Below are positions 36,479 through 50,639 of a stretch of DNA of 64,000 nucleotides, one piece after another; positions within the stretch are counted from its first letter, which is position 1; every line of letters begins with the position of its first letter. Below the pieces are notes generated by a model. It saw only the letters and a program-made list of their open reading frames with translations. It was not told where the DNA came from and ran no database searches. The DNA comes from Saccostrea cucullata (Eukaryota). Position numbers and translations under genes: made by a program. The stretch is from the NCBI RefSeq assembly GCF_032062105.1, contig NW_026938675.1:1-64000 (forward strand), written 5' to 3'.

Positions 36479-38458
36479 TTTAGCTCTTCTGTGCCAAAGG
36501 CTCAAAGAGCTAATGCTATGGCCATTTGTGCGGTGTGCGTAAACTTTATAGAATATGGGCCATAACTCAGGAACCCCTTGGCCAATAGGTACCAGATTTG
36601 TCACAGGGTATCCTTGGTCCAAGGGCTACCATTTATACTAAAATAAGGGTTCGGACCCTTAAACAAGGGGAGATAATCAGGAAAACAAAAAAACAAAACC
36701 AAAAGTACTGGTTGCTAAAAAATCTTCTTCTCCATAACCACCAGGCAGATTTTCACCAAACTGACATACAAGGATCAGGATATGTCGATTTAAATTTGCA
36801 CGGGGAATTACCCTGGGGCAAAGGGCGTGGTCTCAAGGTCTCTTCAAAGTTGACCTAAATTTACAATTGATAAAACGTGTATATTTTGCTTACTATAAAG
36901 ACTAAGATCATCAAATCTTGTAAGTTTATGCACCTTACGACTTCACAATATGTTAGTGCAAAAGTAGGTCACGGTGACCTACTTTTTAAATGTTGCGGGG
37001 ATTTGTTTTCAAAAATATTTGAAGGCATATTTTGGACACTGTAAGGCCTATGATCATCAAACTTTGTCAGTTGATGCATCTTGGGTCCTCGAACAATGTC
37101 AACTTAAAAGTCGGTCACCGTGACCTACTTTTTGAACTTAATGACTTATCCTTTTAAAAACATAAATCCTATTATTTCAGACTCTGGGAGGTTTAGAATC
37201 ATCAAATCTTGTACTTTGATGCATCTAGGGACCTTAAAACATATTCATATAAAAGTAGGTCACTGTGATCTACTTTTTGAATTTGGCGACATTTGTTATC
37301 AAATGGTTTAAAATGCATATTTTGATTACCTTCAGACCTATGATCATCAAACTTGGTCGGTAGATGCATCTTGGGTCTTCGGAAAATTGTCAACCAAAAT
37401 GTAGGTCACGATGACCTACTTTCGACATTTTATGGCTATATTTAAGTATCTTAGGTATTTATTGGCTTAGATTCATAAAACTTTGTGAGTGGAAGCATAT
37501 TTAGTTTTCGGAGAGTGACGACCAAAAAGTAGGTCATGGTGACCTACTTTTGACATTTTGTGGCTATAATCAAGTATCTACTTATTGACATAAAATCATC
37601 AAACTTTGTCAGTTGATGCATCTTGGGTTTTCGGAGATTGTCGACCAAAAAGTAGTTCACAGTGACCTACTTTTGACATATGGCTATATTTAAGTATCTC
37701 AGGCACTTATTGGCTAAGAATCATCAAACTTTGTCAGTTGAGGCATCTTGGGTTTTCGGAGAATGTCGACCAAAAAGTAGGTCACCGTGACCTACTTTTG
37801 AATATCTCAGGTACGTATTAGCTTAGAATCATCAAACTTTGTCAGTTTAGGCACCTTGGGTTTTCGGAGAACGTCGACCAAAAAGTAGGTCACTGTGACC
37901 TACTTTTGACATTTTATGGCTATTTTTAATTATATCTGGTACTTATTGGCTCGGAATCATCAAACTTTGTCAGTTGAGGCATCTTACGGTTTCATTGAAT
38001 GTCCAACAAGAAGTAGGTCACGGTGACCTACTTTTGAATATCTCAGGTACTTATTGGCTTAAAGTCAGCAAATTTTGTCAGTTCAGGCATCTTGGGTTTT
38101 TGCATAACGTCGACCAAAAAGTAGGTCACCGTGACCTACTTTGCCATTTGATGGGTATATTTAATTATCTCTGGTACTAATTGGCTTAGAATCGTCAAAC
38201 TTTGTCAGATGATGCATCTTGGGTTTTTAGAGAATGTTGACCAAAGAGTAAGTCATGGTGACCTACTTTTGATTCACTGTGACCTACTTATGGTATTTTA
38301 TAATTATATCTTCAGTCTTAACTGGCTAAATATTATCAAACTTTGTAAGTTGATGCATTTTGGGTCTTATGATACTATTAGAGTTCGAGGCTTCTAATAG
38401 AAGTGATAGATTGTACAATTTATCAGAAGAGCGATTCAAGGCCCATGGGCCTCTTGTT
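36479..38458 (+). mobile_element. Helentron-type element with internal ~80-100-bp tandem repeats
   Basis: TTTAGCTCTTCTG head; many GGTCAC.GTGACCTACTTTT / ATCATCAAACTTTGTCAGTTG units; AAGAGCGATTCAAGGCCCATGGGCCTCTTGTT tail. Confidence 0.9.
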
Positions 38459-39004
38459 CCAAATCGTACAATTGAATTTGTTATTAAAAGCAGTTGCAAT
38501 TTTAGAAATGTACTCTAAATTTTCTTTAATACCAGCAGCTAAGTTGTCCATTCTGTGATTGGTTACAGAAATGAAAGATGACAAATAAGATCCATGCTGT
38601 TGCAGTGCTTTTGCAATATTTTCTGTTTTCCTATTTAATGCATTGAGGTGTCCAGCTAAAATGTTGACATCATCAATTGTTGCAGTACCAATAAATGGAA
38701 GTCAAGTTCGGAGTTGTCTACCTTGATTTAACATATTGGTTTTAGGAACTAAGGTTTTGATTTGTCACATGGTTTCATTGAAATCAATTAAAGTTTTCTT
38801 ATTTAATCCTTGAACAAAATTTGCAAGATTGTATAACAAAACACCCCCTTGGCGAAAAAATGAACATTGCAAAAAAGTATTCTAGATACATGAACTCGTT
38901 TTGGAAGTATTACATGAAAAGTACGGGGCCAATACTCTTGAGATAATATAATTTTGACTATTGCAGAGTTTATTTGATAAAAAATTATGTCAGAGAAGAC
39001 AATA

Positions 39005-39096
39005 GGTCTAAATTTGAAGCCCTTCACCGGCATATGATGACGTCTCCATATGAATGATAAATTCTCGAGAGGGACGTTAAACAATATTCAATCAAT
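39005..39096 (+). mobile_element. SINE 3' fragment
   Basis: Homologous to 35770-35860 (CACCGGCA...GAGAGGGACGTTAAACA...CAATCAAT). Confidence 0.65.
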
Positions 39097-39520
39097 ATCC
39101 TGTAACAGAGTAATTTCTCTGGCCATTACGGAGGTTTCAATAAGTTTTAAGTTCCAATAGTTTTTTTTAAATATGTACATTGATATGGAAGTCTTTTGTC
39201 ATATGACATTTGAGTGTATGAATTTAATGAAGGATACATGTATGGAGATGACAAACGGTATTCAATACCAAAGTCCATAAAACATTACAAAATACGAGCA
39301 GAACAAACATGGACCTCCGAATCATCAGAGGTGGGATCAGTTGCCATGGAGGAGTGAGCATTCCCTGCTGATCGGTCTTAACCCGCCATGTGATCTTTGT
39401 CATGATCTGGACTTGAAAACGGACTACATATCGATTAGTAGCCATTTTAATGATTAAATCAAAGTACATGTATTAAAGATGTAACAATTTTTCTCGTATC
39501 TTGATGAAAGTTATGTGTTG

Positions 39521-39625
39521 AAGATCCTCATAGATTGTAATAAAGATACTCATAGATTGTGATAAAGATCCTCATAGATTGTGATAAAGATCCTCATAGA
39601 TTGTGATACAGATCCTCATAGATTG
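39521..39625 (+). repeat. 22-bp minisatellite, 5 copies
   Basis: GATCCTCATAGATTGTGATAAA units. Confidence 0.9.
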
Positions 39626-41239
39626 CGAATGCAAACACTGCCCATGTTCGCTGAAACGACGACTTTACTCATGATATATACATAGGTTATGCTACTTTTC
39701 AATGTAATGAAGTATTGTCACGTTAACTTGTTTGATCCTTTGTATATAAGGGGAATAACTGGCTGGGGTTACGTCGACTTTAATTCATTTCTGGATCGCT
39801 TTACGCGTGGGACAGCTTCCTAGTTTGGATTGCCCTCTACGGTGGCTGTTAATGTCCAGAAAATTAAGAAATAAAATATTTTTAACAACTGATGGTTATT
39901 ATATGAAATCATCGATGAAAGTGTAAAGTGAGTATTAATAATTTTTATAAACAAACAGTCACCAGTTACAAATATAATTCAAAATATTATAAAAATATAC
40001 GTTTTAAAGTTAATTCTGGTGACTGTACAGAGGGTTTAACAATTTAGGAAAAGCACCTTTGTGAAATGATGAAAATCTAAAACAACATAAATACTAAATG
40101 AATCTAAACTACAAACCTTACTACGGACAGTCTCATAATAAAAGCAGTAATTCCTAAGCAGAGAAAATGCGGAAACAAAACGTCCATCAACACTTTTCTT
40201 TTAACTTAAGTGGCAACTAGTCAGAACTAAAATTATATTAAATACAAACATGATCACAACAAGAATTTTTTTTATTTTAATAAAAGTTTATGGAAAGATA
40301 GTATTCATCAATAGAATTATCATAATCTCTATGTCGGGTCTATATTTGTCAGCGTTTGCCTTCATGGTTGTGTAAAGATAAACCACCCTGTAGAAATGTA
40401 ATAAGCCTGTAAATGTTTGCCCTCTTAGATAACGAATGCAAACACTGCCCATGTTCGCTGAAACGCTGTAATGTGACAGAAGGAAAAAGAGGACTTCCAG
40501 AACTGAAGCGTAATGGTTTTATTTACTTTTAGAGGGTGGAATGCATGGTAGATTTTGTAAATAGATAATCTGTCATCGAATGGACAAAGAAAACAAGATC
40601 TGTCCCTGACAAATGCTTTTAAAAAAGTCGTTCATCCTACGTATGCAAGAATGAACAGTGCATACAACCATTAAGTCTGCCATTTATACTTGTCAAAGTC
40701 ACATTTACAAAACCGGCCGATCTAAAAGTAACAGTTTTAGATGTAAAATTCGTCTTAAAGAAAAGTACTATCTTCCTTCGTTGAAATGAAATGGATGAGA
40801 TTCCAAATTTTTAAAATATCTCGTGTAAATCTGGTTGGTAAGAGTCATATGAATCAACTTTGGAGTCTTGGATATCAAGTAAATATATGTAGTTGCTATA
40901 TTGACTTCTTTTTGTCAAATGCCCAAACATATCCACGTTCAAGGCCATCAGCATAGCCATCCCTAATTGCATTCTGTAAAAAAAAAATAAACGAGATAAA
41001 TAAAATTACTAGTATTTCCTTCAATCTGTCTTGAAGTTGTAGGTCTTAATTTAAATCAATTATTGGGCAGAATAATATATTTATTTACCCGTATACTTGG
41101 TGGTACGTAGATCTTCTCTTCACGGGTTTCTTCCTTTTCTTATTTCTCTAATACCTTAATACGTTTAAGGATTTCATCTTATTGGAGAAGGATTTTCTCC
41201 AAAAAATTTCTTGTAGCTAATTTAATTAATAATAATTGA

Positions 41240-43890
41240 AGTTTAAAAGTTAGAAGCATTCCTTTAAAACGAGGACTCGGATATCCTCTCTGACTTGATT
41301 TTAGTCGACCTCACGTGGCGTGGGGCAGAAATTCAGCCCCTTGGAAAGAAGTGGGGTCTCCGATTCGGTGAGAGGAGTACTAGATTTATTGAGCACTGGG
41401 CAGGAGTTTGCAAGAAGAGATTGTCTTTATGCGTTTGAAGCATCTCGACCTCTGACCCGTTGTTCCGTGGAACACTTGTCTCAAAGACATTTCTTTGAGC
41501 ATTGTCAAGTTTATTTGTTAGGGCCATGTAATAGGTGTCAGTTATCTTATGCGCTTCATCAAGATCGGTCTGGGACATATTGAGGGATGATTTTAAGGAC
41601 GTAATCTCTTTCAGATTGTCCTAACTTGAGGATATCCCCCAAAAGACAGAGTAACATCAATGTTTGCAGAACCTCTTTATAATAACTCCTACGCGTTCTT
41701 GAAAGCGTTTTGAGATTGACCCTATGTTAGGAGTAACATTTATCTTGAAACCTTTCGGTTTTATGTTACATTCCCAAGTAGGTCTGTAAATTCGAGACCT
41801 CTTGTTCAGTTTTTATTGATTTTTGGTGTTCTTTCTTCAGAAGTTTGAATGTTGGGTTATCTATCATAATCATATTTTAAACGAAATAAACCAATTATTG
41901 CCTAAACAATTCGACTACTTTTTTTTATACTTTAGCCATGTGAAGTTTAAAAGATTCAACAAATTAATTACTCTAATTTCTAGCCATGTACCATGAACCA
42001 TGTAAGAATATAAAAATAAATAGTACTTAAATAATACTCTAAAGAGAAAAGTGGAAAGAACTAATTTGCAAGAGTACGATACAAGTAAATAGCAAAAACA
42101 AATTTTTGTCAATTTTGATATGTTTTTTCAAGAAATTAAATTTTCCCTGAAGTGTAACATATCTACACATATATCTATAATATCATCCATAACGAATTCT
42201 ATTGTACATATCCTTGAAATTGTGATTTTTCTAAATTCATAAAAATAACAACGAATATTAACGAAACAATTGTAGACACAAAATGGAAAAGAAAAATCTA
42301 TTAAACATTAATGTCTATAATAATAATCATAAGTTTAACACAGTTCACAACACAATCACTCCTCGGAATCACTAACTGTCGACTACTTGCAGCAAAGGAA
42401 CCTGAGGATCCGCTGACCAGGAAGGCCGCGGCGCTCCTCCGCCGGCTGCTTCCTCAAATGGCACTACCGCAAGTGCAGGCGGCGGCGGACTCTCCGCTAC
42501 CACCGTGGTAGTCACCGAACTCTCCTCTAAACTCGGGAGACTATCCTTTGCGAGTCTCCGAAAGAATGCTTGGGTGTCCTCTCAGACTTGTTTTTTAACC
42601 TCATGTAGCCTGGGGCAGAAATTCAGCCCCTTGGAAAGAGATGAGGTCTCCGATTCGGAGAGAGGAGCACTAGATTTATTGAGCACTGGGCAGACGTCAA
42701 GAGTTGTAAGTGTCAATAATCTTATGGGCTTCATCGGCATAGGACATATGATTGAAGGATGATTCCAAGGACGTGATCTCTCTCAGATTGTCCTTACTTG
42801 AGGATATCCCCCAAAAGACAGAGTAACATCAATGTTTGCAGCAACTCTTTGTAAAAACTCCCAAACGTTCTTGAAAGCAATTGGAGATTGGCCGTATGTT
42901 AGGCGTAACATTTATCTTGAAAACTTTCGGTATAATGTCACAATCTAAGTAGGTCTGTAAATTCGAGACCTCTTGTTCAGTTTTCATTGATTTTTGGTGT
43001 TAATTCTTTCTTCAGAAGTTTGAATGTTAGGTTATCTTTCATAATCATACTAGAAACGAAATAATCTAATAATTACCTTAACAATTCGACTACTTTTTTG
43101 TACTTGAGCCATGTGAAGTTTAAAAGATTCAACAAATTACTCTAATTTATAGCGTAATTTCCGAAAATGAATCATGTAAGAATATAAAAACAAATAGTAC
43201 ATAAATAATACTCTTAAGAGAAAAGTGGAAAGAACTAATTTGCAAGAGTGTGATACAAATAAATAGCAAAAACAAATTTTCGTCCGTTTTGATATGTTTA
43301 TCCACGAAATTAAATTTTCTCTGAAGTGTAACATATCTAAACATGTATCTATAATATCGTTCATCACGAATACTACCGTAAATCTGGAAATTTTTGCTGT
43401 AGATAAATTTTTAAGAAATTTGCGAGTTCATTACATTCTCAAAAATATTTTTCTTAAAAATAAATTACCAATAAGAAAATGTAAGCAAAGCAGTGGTCAT
43501 TCGCAAAATTTTAAAACGTAAAAAATTATCAACAGCATTTTGACCCGAATTTGCAAAATAAAATCACCGTAAAAATTTCCAGATTTACGGTATTATACCT
43601 ATCCTTGAAATTGTGATTTTTCTAAATCCATAAAAATGACAACGAATACTAACGAAACAATTCTAGATATGAAATGAAAACAAAAAATGAATCTATTAAA
43701 CATGAATGTCCATAATAATAATCATAAGTTTAACACTTTTCTTAACACAATCACTCCTGGGAATGGCTAACTGTCGACAACTTGCAGCAAAGGAACCTGA
43801 GGATCCGCTGACCAGGAAGGCCGCGGCGCTCCTTCGCTGGCTCCTTCCTCCGATGGCACTACCGCCACTACAGACGGCAGTGGACTACGC
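41240..43890 (-). mobile_element. Two diverged ~1.2-1.3-kb tandem units with Penelope-like ORF N-terminal sequence
   Basis: 41240-42490 aligns with 42540-43890; minus frame [25 protein letters not shown]...EDTQAFFRRL resembles the pre-RT region of Penelope-like elements. Confidence 0.55.
43376..43590. mobile_element. Tc1/mariner-type MITE
   Basis: CCGTAAATCTGGAAATTTTT TIR; TA TSD; absent from the paralogous unit at ~42200. Confidence 0.88.
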
Positions 43891-44563
43891 AGTTTGGTTC
43901 CAGAACTCTTCAAATTTTTCGTTTTATTCATTTCTTAGGTTCAAAGTGCATGAGATTTTAGCCGAGAACCATGGAGGGTAGCGACCTGTACCGAGGCCAT
44001 GGTTGATGCTTTCTCTTCTTGAGAGGGTCAAGCGTTTTTCCAGGGTATCTTGTATTTTTTTCAGTTCTGTAGATGAGTTCCAATTAATTACGTTTTTAGG
44101 CTCTTCCGTCAAGATTATAGATATGTCCAGGTCCGGGATGCTCGCTGCAGCCTCTTGATTTCCTTGGATATCATCAAGGTCCAAGTCTGACGTTTGTTTA
44201 TCCTTTTTTTCAAAGATTGTTAAAGCGTTTAATCATATTCTAGGTTCAGATGAATTATGGTGAGAAGTGAGTAATGTACAGAGCTTCTTTTGGTAGAATT
44301 TATTGTGCCGTCCGGCATTGGTTGAATTGAATTCTTTGAAGTGACAAATACGTTGGGAAAAAGCGGATGAGATTTGGTAAAAAGAGGTGTTAGGTGATGT
44401 GCCAACATGCAAAGATTTATTCAAATCGGAATATATCATTGCATATAGTTAGCATAAAAACATAGATCTATTGATGAAATCAAGTTGACAATACACATGG
44501 AAAATCGTAATTGGGGCCCCTGATGAGGCATTATTTGTCGCCGAAACACTCTACTACTATCAT

Positions 44564-44886
44564 CAGGGCCGTAGCAACAGGGGGGGGGGGCCCTTTTTTT
44601 CCCAACCTTACTTATACTATAGGAAATGTTAATTGAAAGCCTGGTTCCCCCCCCACTTTTAGACTTTGAGTGATGTACCGAATGTAGTATCAGAATGGGT
44701 ACTAAAATTAGTTGACACCGAGAAAAAGTAAATCTTAACACCCCCCCCCCCCTTGCCCCCACGAAATAGGATTTTTTTACTTTGGGCAACTTTTTCCTTT
44801 TTTTTTTCTTGTCAACTTTTTTAAGTAAGTCAAAACAATTTTTCTCTGGTTGGCCCCCCACTTTCAAAAACGATGCAACGCCACTG
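44564..44886. mobile_element. Short non-autonomous DNA element (CAG..CGT.GC termini), related to ~33810-34015
   Basis: CAGGGCCGTAGCA...TGCAACGCCACTG; shared CCCCCACTTTCAAAAACGATGCAAC block; no clean TSD. Confidence 0.6.
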
Positions 44887-45599
44887 CATTATGACTATCA
44901 TTTTAATCATAACAATATCATCTTAATTCATTCAATGTGGTTTAGAGTGTCCCAATAACTCATTATCAAGTTTGGTTGATTGCATTCGTTTACTGGCGCC
45001 CTCAGGAGACACCCTGAGCAACCTGGCCAACTCGACGAGAAACTCCAAAAATACATTTGGGTCATCCACCCCAATATTGTCTGGTCTTCGTTCCCTTGGT
45101 GGCTGTAGGTCGTTTGGGTGACTTGGGCTTTACTGACCCCTCTAATCTTTCACCCATTTACGTGTTCCTACATAAGGACCTACTGATGCCACTGGCTTGG
45201 GGCTAACTTTCGACTGACCCCCACCTCCGGGCTCTCTGGACTTATTCGTGAGTCCACGGTCCCCAACGGCGTAACCACATCGCGTACAAGGAAACTTTTC
45301 CAATCTCGGTCTATTTCCTCGACTTTTACCACCGATCGACATAAAATATGATATAAATAGTAGATGATTTTGATGTTAACTTGTTAACAAATGTCTCAGC
45401 TTCCTTGGCCAAAGAAGACGGTGGCACGTTCCCCGCACAAGCATTTCCTCTTTTTCTGCAGCTGACGGGGGGTCCGAAACCATCTTATTCATCTCCTCGG
45501 ACAGTCTGCTGTATGGTGCGGGTAAGTTTTCCTCCTCTTAACTTTTCACCCCCTTATTATGTGGCACATTTTGGGGATTGTAACCATGATTATAACCCT

Positions 45600-46020
45600 T
45601 TTTGAATTTGAATGTTAACTTGTACACATTATTGCCAATTCTTAAGCATTTTAATTATCTATCTCTCGCTTAAAAGTTGTATTTATTTGACTATTTTGAT
45701 AAATATATATCATGAACATTAAAACCTTTATCTGCCATGATGGAATCACCAGAATTACAGATGTCTAAAAGACATCTGGCGATCACCTGTTGATCCCTCA
45801 AATGCCGTAGAAATACATGAAGTAAATCCTCCAGGAGTTGCTTCAACCAAAACCTTCACAGTTTTACGATTTTTGTATGTTGAAAAGGTACCCTGATGTG
45901 ATTTTGGTCTTTTAATACAGTTGTAGGACATTTAGTACTATTCATGAATTCTCTTGTGTTTGGAAATTTAGCCCGGAAGTCTGATGGACTCTAAATATTT
46001 AACAAGGTGTTTCCAAGGCC
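45600..46020 (-). pseudogene. Harbinger/ISL2EU-type DDE transposase fragment
   Basis: PSDFRAKFPNTR...TFSTYKNRKTVKVLV..TPGG...GSTGDRQ...GDSIMADKGFNV. Confidence 0.75.
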
Positions 46021-46771
46021 CTATATCAATTTCTTGCCATTGCTTACTCATAAAAAGAATTATAGGAAAGAAAGGATTTGAAACTTTTTTTTTTCGAAAA
46101 CATTAAAAACTTTGCGAGTTCAAAATTGGTAGTATGACGCCTCAACTTACAAAGAACTATAAAAAATCTGGTCTGGGAAACAAAGATTTGACACTTTGTG
46201 GTACACATAATTTAAACAATATGCAGCAGGTCCAAGGGTTCTCAAAACACGATAAACGAGAACCAATGTGTTTATCCAGACAGTCTTCTCGTATAAGAGC
46301 TCCCCATTGTTTGGTAGACAACTGGCCTTTGTCTTTAAATACTTCATAAATAAATCGTTTTTTTTAAATTGATAAATGATTTACAGGACACTGCCCGTTA
46401 GAGTATACACAGGTCGATTACAATACCGGCATAATCTGTCTCCGATACATGGAGGCATAAATGAAGTATTTAAAAGCAAAGGACACATGTACCAAACAAT
46501 GGGGAGATCTTATTTGACTAGACTATCTGGACAAACACAATATTCTACGATCATTCGTAGGTAAGTCAAAAGGATGGGAACAAATTCTATATCACTTACT
46601 CTCTCGGTGAATTTAATTTTAATAGTAGTCCTCCCAACAACAACTACTAATGTGTTCAAAATCTTTAATTTTTTAACACTGTTTAAGCAATTAAAATTTT
46701 AGCGGACTAATATCAAAACGCCAAAATTAACAGCCCGTTTAAACCAGCCATACGGTACATGTATGCTTGCA

Positions 46772-47000
46772 GAAGGTAAACGTCACAGTGATGAAGTCGA
46801 TAGCTGGGTCCAGGGGGTAGATCACAACGGTACCTGGCGTTACCATGACAACCAGGAGTTCACCTACACTTGCCTCGGAGGAGACAGTCCCCACCAACAG
46901 GAGATTAATCTACGCGCGCGAAGTGAGACAAATTATGGCTGCAACGATTCGGGACCATGTTCTTGCAACGTATCTCTGTGAAATCTCCATTCCCAAACAA
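46772..47000 (+). pseudogene. Possible C-type lectin-like exon remnant
   Basis: After a CAG acceptor: SWVQGVD..GTWRYHDNQEFTY...CND...; shifted frame gives YLCEI. Confidence 0.35.
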
Positions 47001-47499
47001 TTGCTACAAAAAGTTTGTCAGTACGTGTACAGATATAAATTTTTATCGGTCTAACATCTCAACCTGTGACGCGTACATTATTCTTATCGAAGATGTTATC
47101 ATCGGTGATGTAAAGAAAGTTTTGTAATATTGTACACCACATCTTATCTCCATTGCCTATATCTAATCTTCGGAATATGAAAGCTTATTAAAGCTCAAAT
47201 CATTGTACTTTAAGCAAGTCCTTCTTATCGATTTGAGTACATTGCCTTATCGATTTGAGTACATTGCTAAGACTGTCCCCGTAAGTATTTTACTTGATTT
47301 AACTTTTCTCTTGCCTTGGATAGTATTTATTATGTATTACAAATCCAAAAATAACGCACTGCTATCTTACGTAAGGTTAAGATAACGGACTCAAACATTT
47401 TAAAAAGCGTTTTCGTCGGTCTGTTTTCTTTTCTGTCGTAATCTTATCCAAAATACATTTCTTTAAACATTGAAACTTATGGTCTGTAACTTAGGATCA

Positions 47500-47873
47500 T
47501 GAACAACTAAAAATCTGGATTACAAACCGGATGCCAGTGCGTCTTGTTGCAATTCTGCATTTAACTGATCCTATTGGATTTTGTTTGGAGATATCCCTCT
47601 CCATTGACAAATTATGGTATTGTACTGAATCCTTGCTAACGCTGTAATCTGATCAGCAAGCCTTTGAAAAGTCGCTGAAAAGTTTTGACACCATTTGTAT
47701 GTCTCTCGCAGAAAATACCATTAAAAATATAGAAAGCTTTCATCCATTGAGAAATGTTTTAAATTTAATAGGGTTGGATTTTTCTTTAACAGATGTTAAC
47801 CCGTCATCACCTCCGATTAAAAATTTTACTTCTTTTTCGGTTGGCTTCAGTAAGTTGCGAAAGTCGACGTATT
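47500..47873 (-). pseudogene. Possible DIRS/Ngaro gag-like remnant
   Basis: EYVDFRNLL...PIKFKTF..., then W.KAFYIF-like and QITALA-like pieces in shifted frames. Confidence 0.3.
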
Positions 47874-48160
47874 CCCCAGATAGCATGACTACGTTGGGAC
47901 AATGTTGGTCCAATGTAACACACTTTGTTGGGCCTACGTTTGCAGCCAACGTTGGCGCAGTGTCTAAATGCACTGTAGCCCTTTGTTGGCCCAACATGTT
48001 GGTGCGATGTTGGGCCAACGTTCTAATGTATTTTTGTAATCGTAGGGCAAACATTAGACCAACATAGTACATGGCATGTTATAGAATGGCCAATGTTGGG
48101 CCAATACCGGTAATGTCAAGTTAATATATTACCGCAATACCAGCATTATGCCAACATACT
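47874..48160 (+). mobile_element. EnSpm/CACTA-like terminal fragment
   Basis: CCCAG start followed by many CCAAC/ATGTTGG subterminal palindromic repeats. Confidence 0.5.
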
Positions 48161-48836
48161 ATATTGCTTTCTTTCCTTGTTTTCAGTCCCCCTTCCCGGT
48201 CACTGGCAAAGCGAAACCAATCTTTAACAATGGCGCAAATTTCGCTGTCTATCGCTGCCGCTGTTAGTCTTGGTCAAACCATGTACTTCATTGATTTTTT
48301 CACTTTAAGATGAACCAAGTTTATCCTTGGTAGGACAGTCCTTTGCCAAATGTCCACGAAGAGAACAGGAATAACACTTGGCGTTTCTCACCCAATCATC
48401 CGGTTTCATTTTGTCCTTTTGATCTTTAAGTCTTTTGTGACATATGTTCAATTTTGTGATAAAAATTACATCTCACATGAAAGACGGATGCAGTTTGTAT
48501 TGTAGGACCTTGAGTATCAGCATCAACGAAGCGTCGATCTACATCGATCAGATTGTCAAACTTCGGCATCTTTGGTTTCTGACATATTACAAGTTTTAAC
48601 TAGTCTTTCAATTTAGGGTTATACTGTACATGTCCTCTACAAATCAATGTTCAGAAAGTTCAGACCTATTTGCATTTGTGAAATTTGGAAAGATTCCTCA
48701 CATTTACGATATATTCTATGTCATCAGTCATCAATAGACTCACCAGGTTTCTGTGTAATTTTATGAAAATCCGATGCGGCCGATCGATTTCCTTGGTTAG
48801 AGCTGCCTTCAACAAGTCGCCTGTTCTTCAGTTTTA

Positions 48837-50257
48837 CGAGGGCTGTTCAATAAATAATGTCTTGAACTGTATGACATACAATACAGATATCATATGACAT
48901 TAAAATTGACTTTCTCTGATTATTGAATCTTTACTGAATTTATAACAGTTGAAAAAAATTATATAATAGGCATCAAAAATGGGTACCCTCCTTGCCAACA
49001 AAAATTATAACAACTTATGTTCTGTTTGCCAAATTTCAACAAATAATATTTGATGATGTATGATTGACTTCTAGACACATAGCAAATTTGATAGACATCA
49101 TATCGGGAGTAATTAACACTGTTTTTAAGAAACGTTTGAAAGTAAAAAGGCTTGGTACTCAAAGGTCACCCTATATTTTGAAAAAATGAGTGAAAACGAC
49201 AGCGTGTACGAAAGTCTTAACAATTATTTTAAAATAAAAGTAATTGTAGTTATCCACGTTTGTTTTATATTCAAACAGATATTGGAACATGAATCTATTG
49301 CTTAAAATCATCAAAACAAAATTTACCATCATAAGATGTACTTGATAAAAACGACGAAGGTCCGACAAAAGCAAAGGTATACACGAACACAAAGACCGAT
49401 TAATATGCAATTTCTTTAATATTAAAGGTACTGTTGTTCAAATTCGTATTTAGGGAGACAGTTTAATATCTGGAAGAGTCTAGAAAGCATTTTTTTTTTT
49501 GCAAAAAAAAAAAAAAAAAAAATCGAAAGGTTTTTAGAGGAAGGACTCAGAATCAGCAATCCACTACATTGAATTTCTTCATGACAGCGTCAAAACTTGC
49601 ATGCCCTGAAGAGTAAAGGGGTTTTCGGTAAGAATTACAGGAAAAAACTTTGAGCAATTCCTGGCCCAGATAACTCAGTTACATATTAAACCACCCTAAA
49701 ATATTGATACATGCTCCTATCTGAAAAATATTTCAATATTTTAATTTTGGAGAATTGTAATTTTCTATTTTTGACCCAATACCGTTATTTTGAAAAATAG
49801 GAGCAAAATGTTTGATGCTGGGACATGATATAGAAAGCACCAATACATTAACCATACCCTCTTTTTTGGTGTATTTCATGTTGTAAAAAAAATTAGGGAA
49901 AAAATGCCCCGGGCAGATGGAATATAGCCTGAGGGGTAAACAGAAAGTTAATGTTTTTTTCACATTAACAATATTTGCCAGATCTTTGACCTTTTGACTT
50001 GTATCTATTTCCATTCTTGGAAAAACACCTTTCAGAAGGAAAAAGCCAGTCCAGGAAATCATTGGATCTGCCATTTTCCAGTATACAAATGCCCAAAAAT
50101 GAGTTCTAAATACAATCAAAAATTGGATAAAAAAATGTTACAGACATGTTTTTGAATTAAAAGAGAATAATAAGTAAAATCATGAAGACTAAATCGTTGA
50201 AAAGCGTTGTTTGCTTCTTTCTGAGCACCGAGGACATTATTTATTGAACAGCCCTCG
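48837..50257. mobile_element. Mariner-type non-autonomous element, 1421 bp
   Basis: CGAGGGCTGTTCAATAAATAATGTC TIR at both ends; TA TSD; no transposase ORF. Confidence 0.9.
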
Positions 50258-50639
50258 TAATTATGAATCTAAGGAACCTGTTCTCTGTTACACCAGCCAG
50301 ATTGTCAAACTTCGGTATCTTTGGTTTCTGAAGTGTTGAGAATAAAATTAAAATTTGTGAAAGTGCAAGAATGTGTCAATCAAATCCGTCTTAAAATTTT
50401 AATAACTTTTAGACGAAATAACATTTTTAATTTATTTTTAATATAAATCCTGTTCCACGGAATTCTTGAAAGTATTGGGGCGGAACGTTTTTCGTTGGGG
50501 AGGAAATCCTTGGAATTCTAGGATGTTTGTAAAATCAAAGGAAGTCTATGGAAATCCGTGGAATTCCAGGATTCCAAATACAATGAAAACTGAAATAATT
50601 AGTGCCAAATAATTACAAAAAAATGATAACATCACAATT

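Noticed and set aside
36940-38360. CRISPR-like array of palindromic repeats
   Set aside because: Intervening sequences are homologous to each other rather than unique spacers; no cas genes; eukaryotic Helentron context
48590-48830. Gag-like remnant (KPGESIDD) on the minus strand
   Set aside because: Too decayed to support beyond a single short motif
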